Assembly: GCA_951406725.2 (NCBI GenBank)
Contig: OX597834.1
Span: 16,430,001-16,494,000, forward strand
Direction of reading: 5' to 3'
Length of the DNA stretch: 64,000 bases
DNA from: Octopus vulgaris
Taxonomy: Eukaryota
This document shows positions 63,031-64,000 of this stretch, one piece after another. A program made the translations under genes and the position numbers. The number at the start of each line of letters is the position of its first letter. Position 1 is the first letter of the stretch. The notes under the pieces are model-generated. The model was not told the DNA's origin. It saw only the letters and a list, made by a program, of their open reading frames with translations, and searched no databases.

Positions 63031-63210
63031 CACATACGCACACATACATATATATATATATTCACACACATATATACATACATTTATATACACACACATA
63101 CATACATATATATATATACACATACACATATCCATACATATATATATACACACACATATACATACATATATATACACACACATATGTACACACACACATA
63201 CACACATATA
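62820..63210. repeat. Compound (CA)n/(TA)n microsatellite
   Basis: Seen directly. Confidence 0.95.
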
Positions 63211-64000
63211 ATGAACAGGAGAGAGGAGAAGAAGAAGAGATGAAAATAAAGAGCAAAAGATAACTACATATATGTATGCGAAAATAGATAGATAGATAGA
63301 TAGATAGGTACAGGCAGGGGGAAAGAGGGAGGGAGAGAAAGAAAAAGACAAGGAAACAATTAAAGAAAGAGGGGAGAGAAAGATGAAAGAAGAATTCTCA
63401 TGTGACATAAAAACATTGTTGCATGGAATGGTAAACATATCTTAAATATAACAATATGGTGGGTGGGCAGCAAAGAACTTCAATGGGGTGGGGGGTCTGT
63501 AGCTTCGTCTTTTACTTGTCTCAGTCACTGGGCTGCTGCCATGCTGGGGCAATGCCTCGAAGGGTTTTGGTTGAACAAATCAACTCTAGTACTTTTTTTT
63601 TTTTTTGAAGTCTGGTATTTATTCGATCGGTCTCTTTCACCAAACTGCTAAATTACAGGGACATAAACAAACCAACATTGGATGTCAAACAGTGATGGGA
63701 ACTTTATTTTTTTTTTCTTCCGTCTTCCTTTTCTCTTAAACTTTCCTCCATCTGTTTCTGAAGAAGAGCTTTGCTCGAAACATAAAACTACCTTTCTTTA
63801 CTTCCCTGAGTGTCTGCTAATATTTTGCATGTACCACGTCCTCGTGATGTGGGTTTTTTCTGGGTTTTTTTTTGGGGGGGGGGATTAACTATATATATAT
63901 ATACATACACACAACACACACACATACATCTTTATATATAAAATTGTGTGTGAGACTCTGTCTCCTCCGATTTAGATTCCTAACTACTCCCACATTTTGC

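Overview
AT-rich, repeat-dense animal genomic DNA. The tRNA-derived SINE families with internal microsatellites and (TA)n-inserted Penelope-like pieces point to a coleoid cephalopod, most likely Octopus (inference). Two divergently oriented multi-exon genes are supported. On the minus strand are the first two coding exons of a TAK1/MAP3K7 kinase (ATG at 32869; the rest lies beyond the left edge). On the plus strand is an almost complete ANAPC2 (APC/C subunit 2, cullin-like; 40244-57244, 11 exons found). One ANAPC2 exon (3n+1 nt) is missing, in an intron holding two back-to-back chimeric duplications that look like a mis-assembly. The rest is mostly SINEs of about 4 families, MITEs (mariner-, piggyBac-, hAT-, pogo-like), Helitron/HINE pieces, LINE 3' ends, transposase relics and simple repeats. 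Most notable: a locally unique inverted repeat bracketing the 180-nt TAK1 exon 2; several hammerhead-ribozyme-like motifs, one sense in an ANAPC2 intron; a perfect 4-unit heat-shock element with CCAAT and CRE-like boxes between the genes; two long fold-back palindromes; tandem GTTGGT donors; and small TTAGGG insertions in SINEs. There are no prokaryotic-type systems (CRISPR etc.). Repeat coordinates are approximate and were read by eye.
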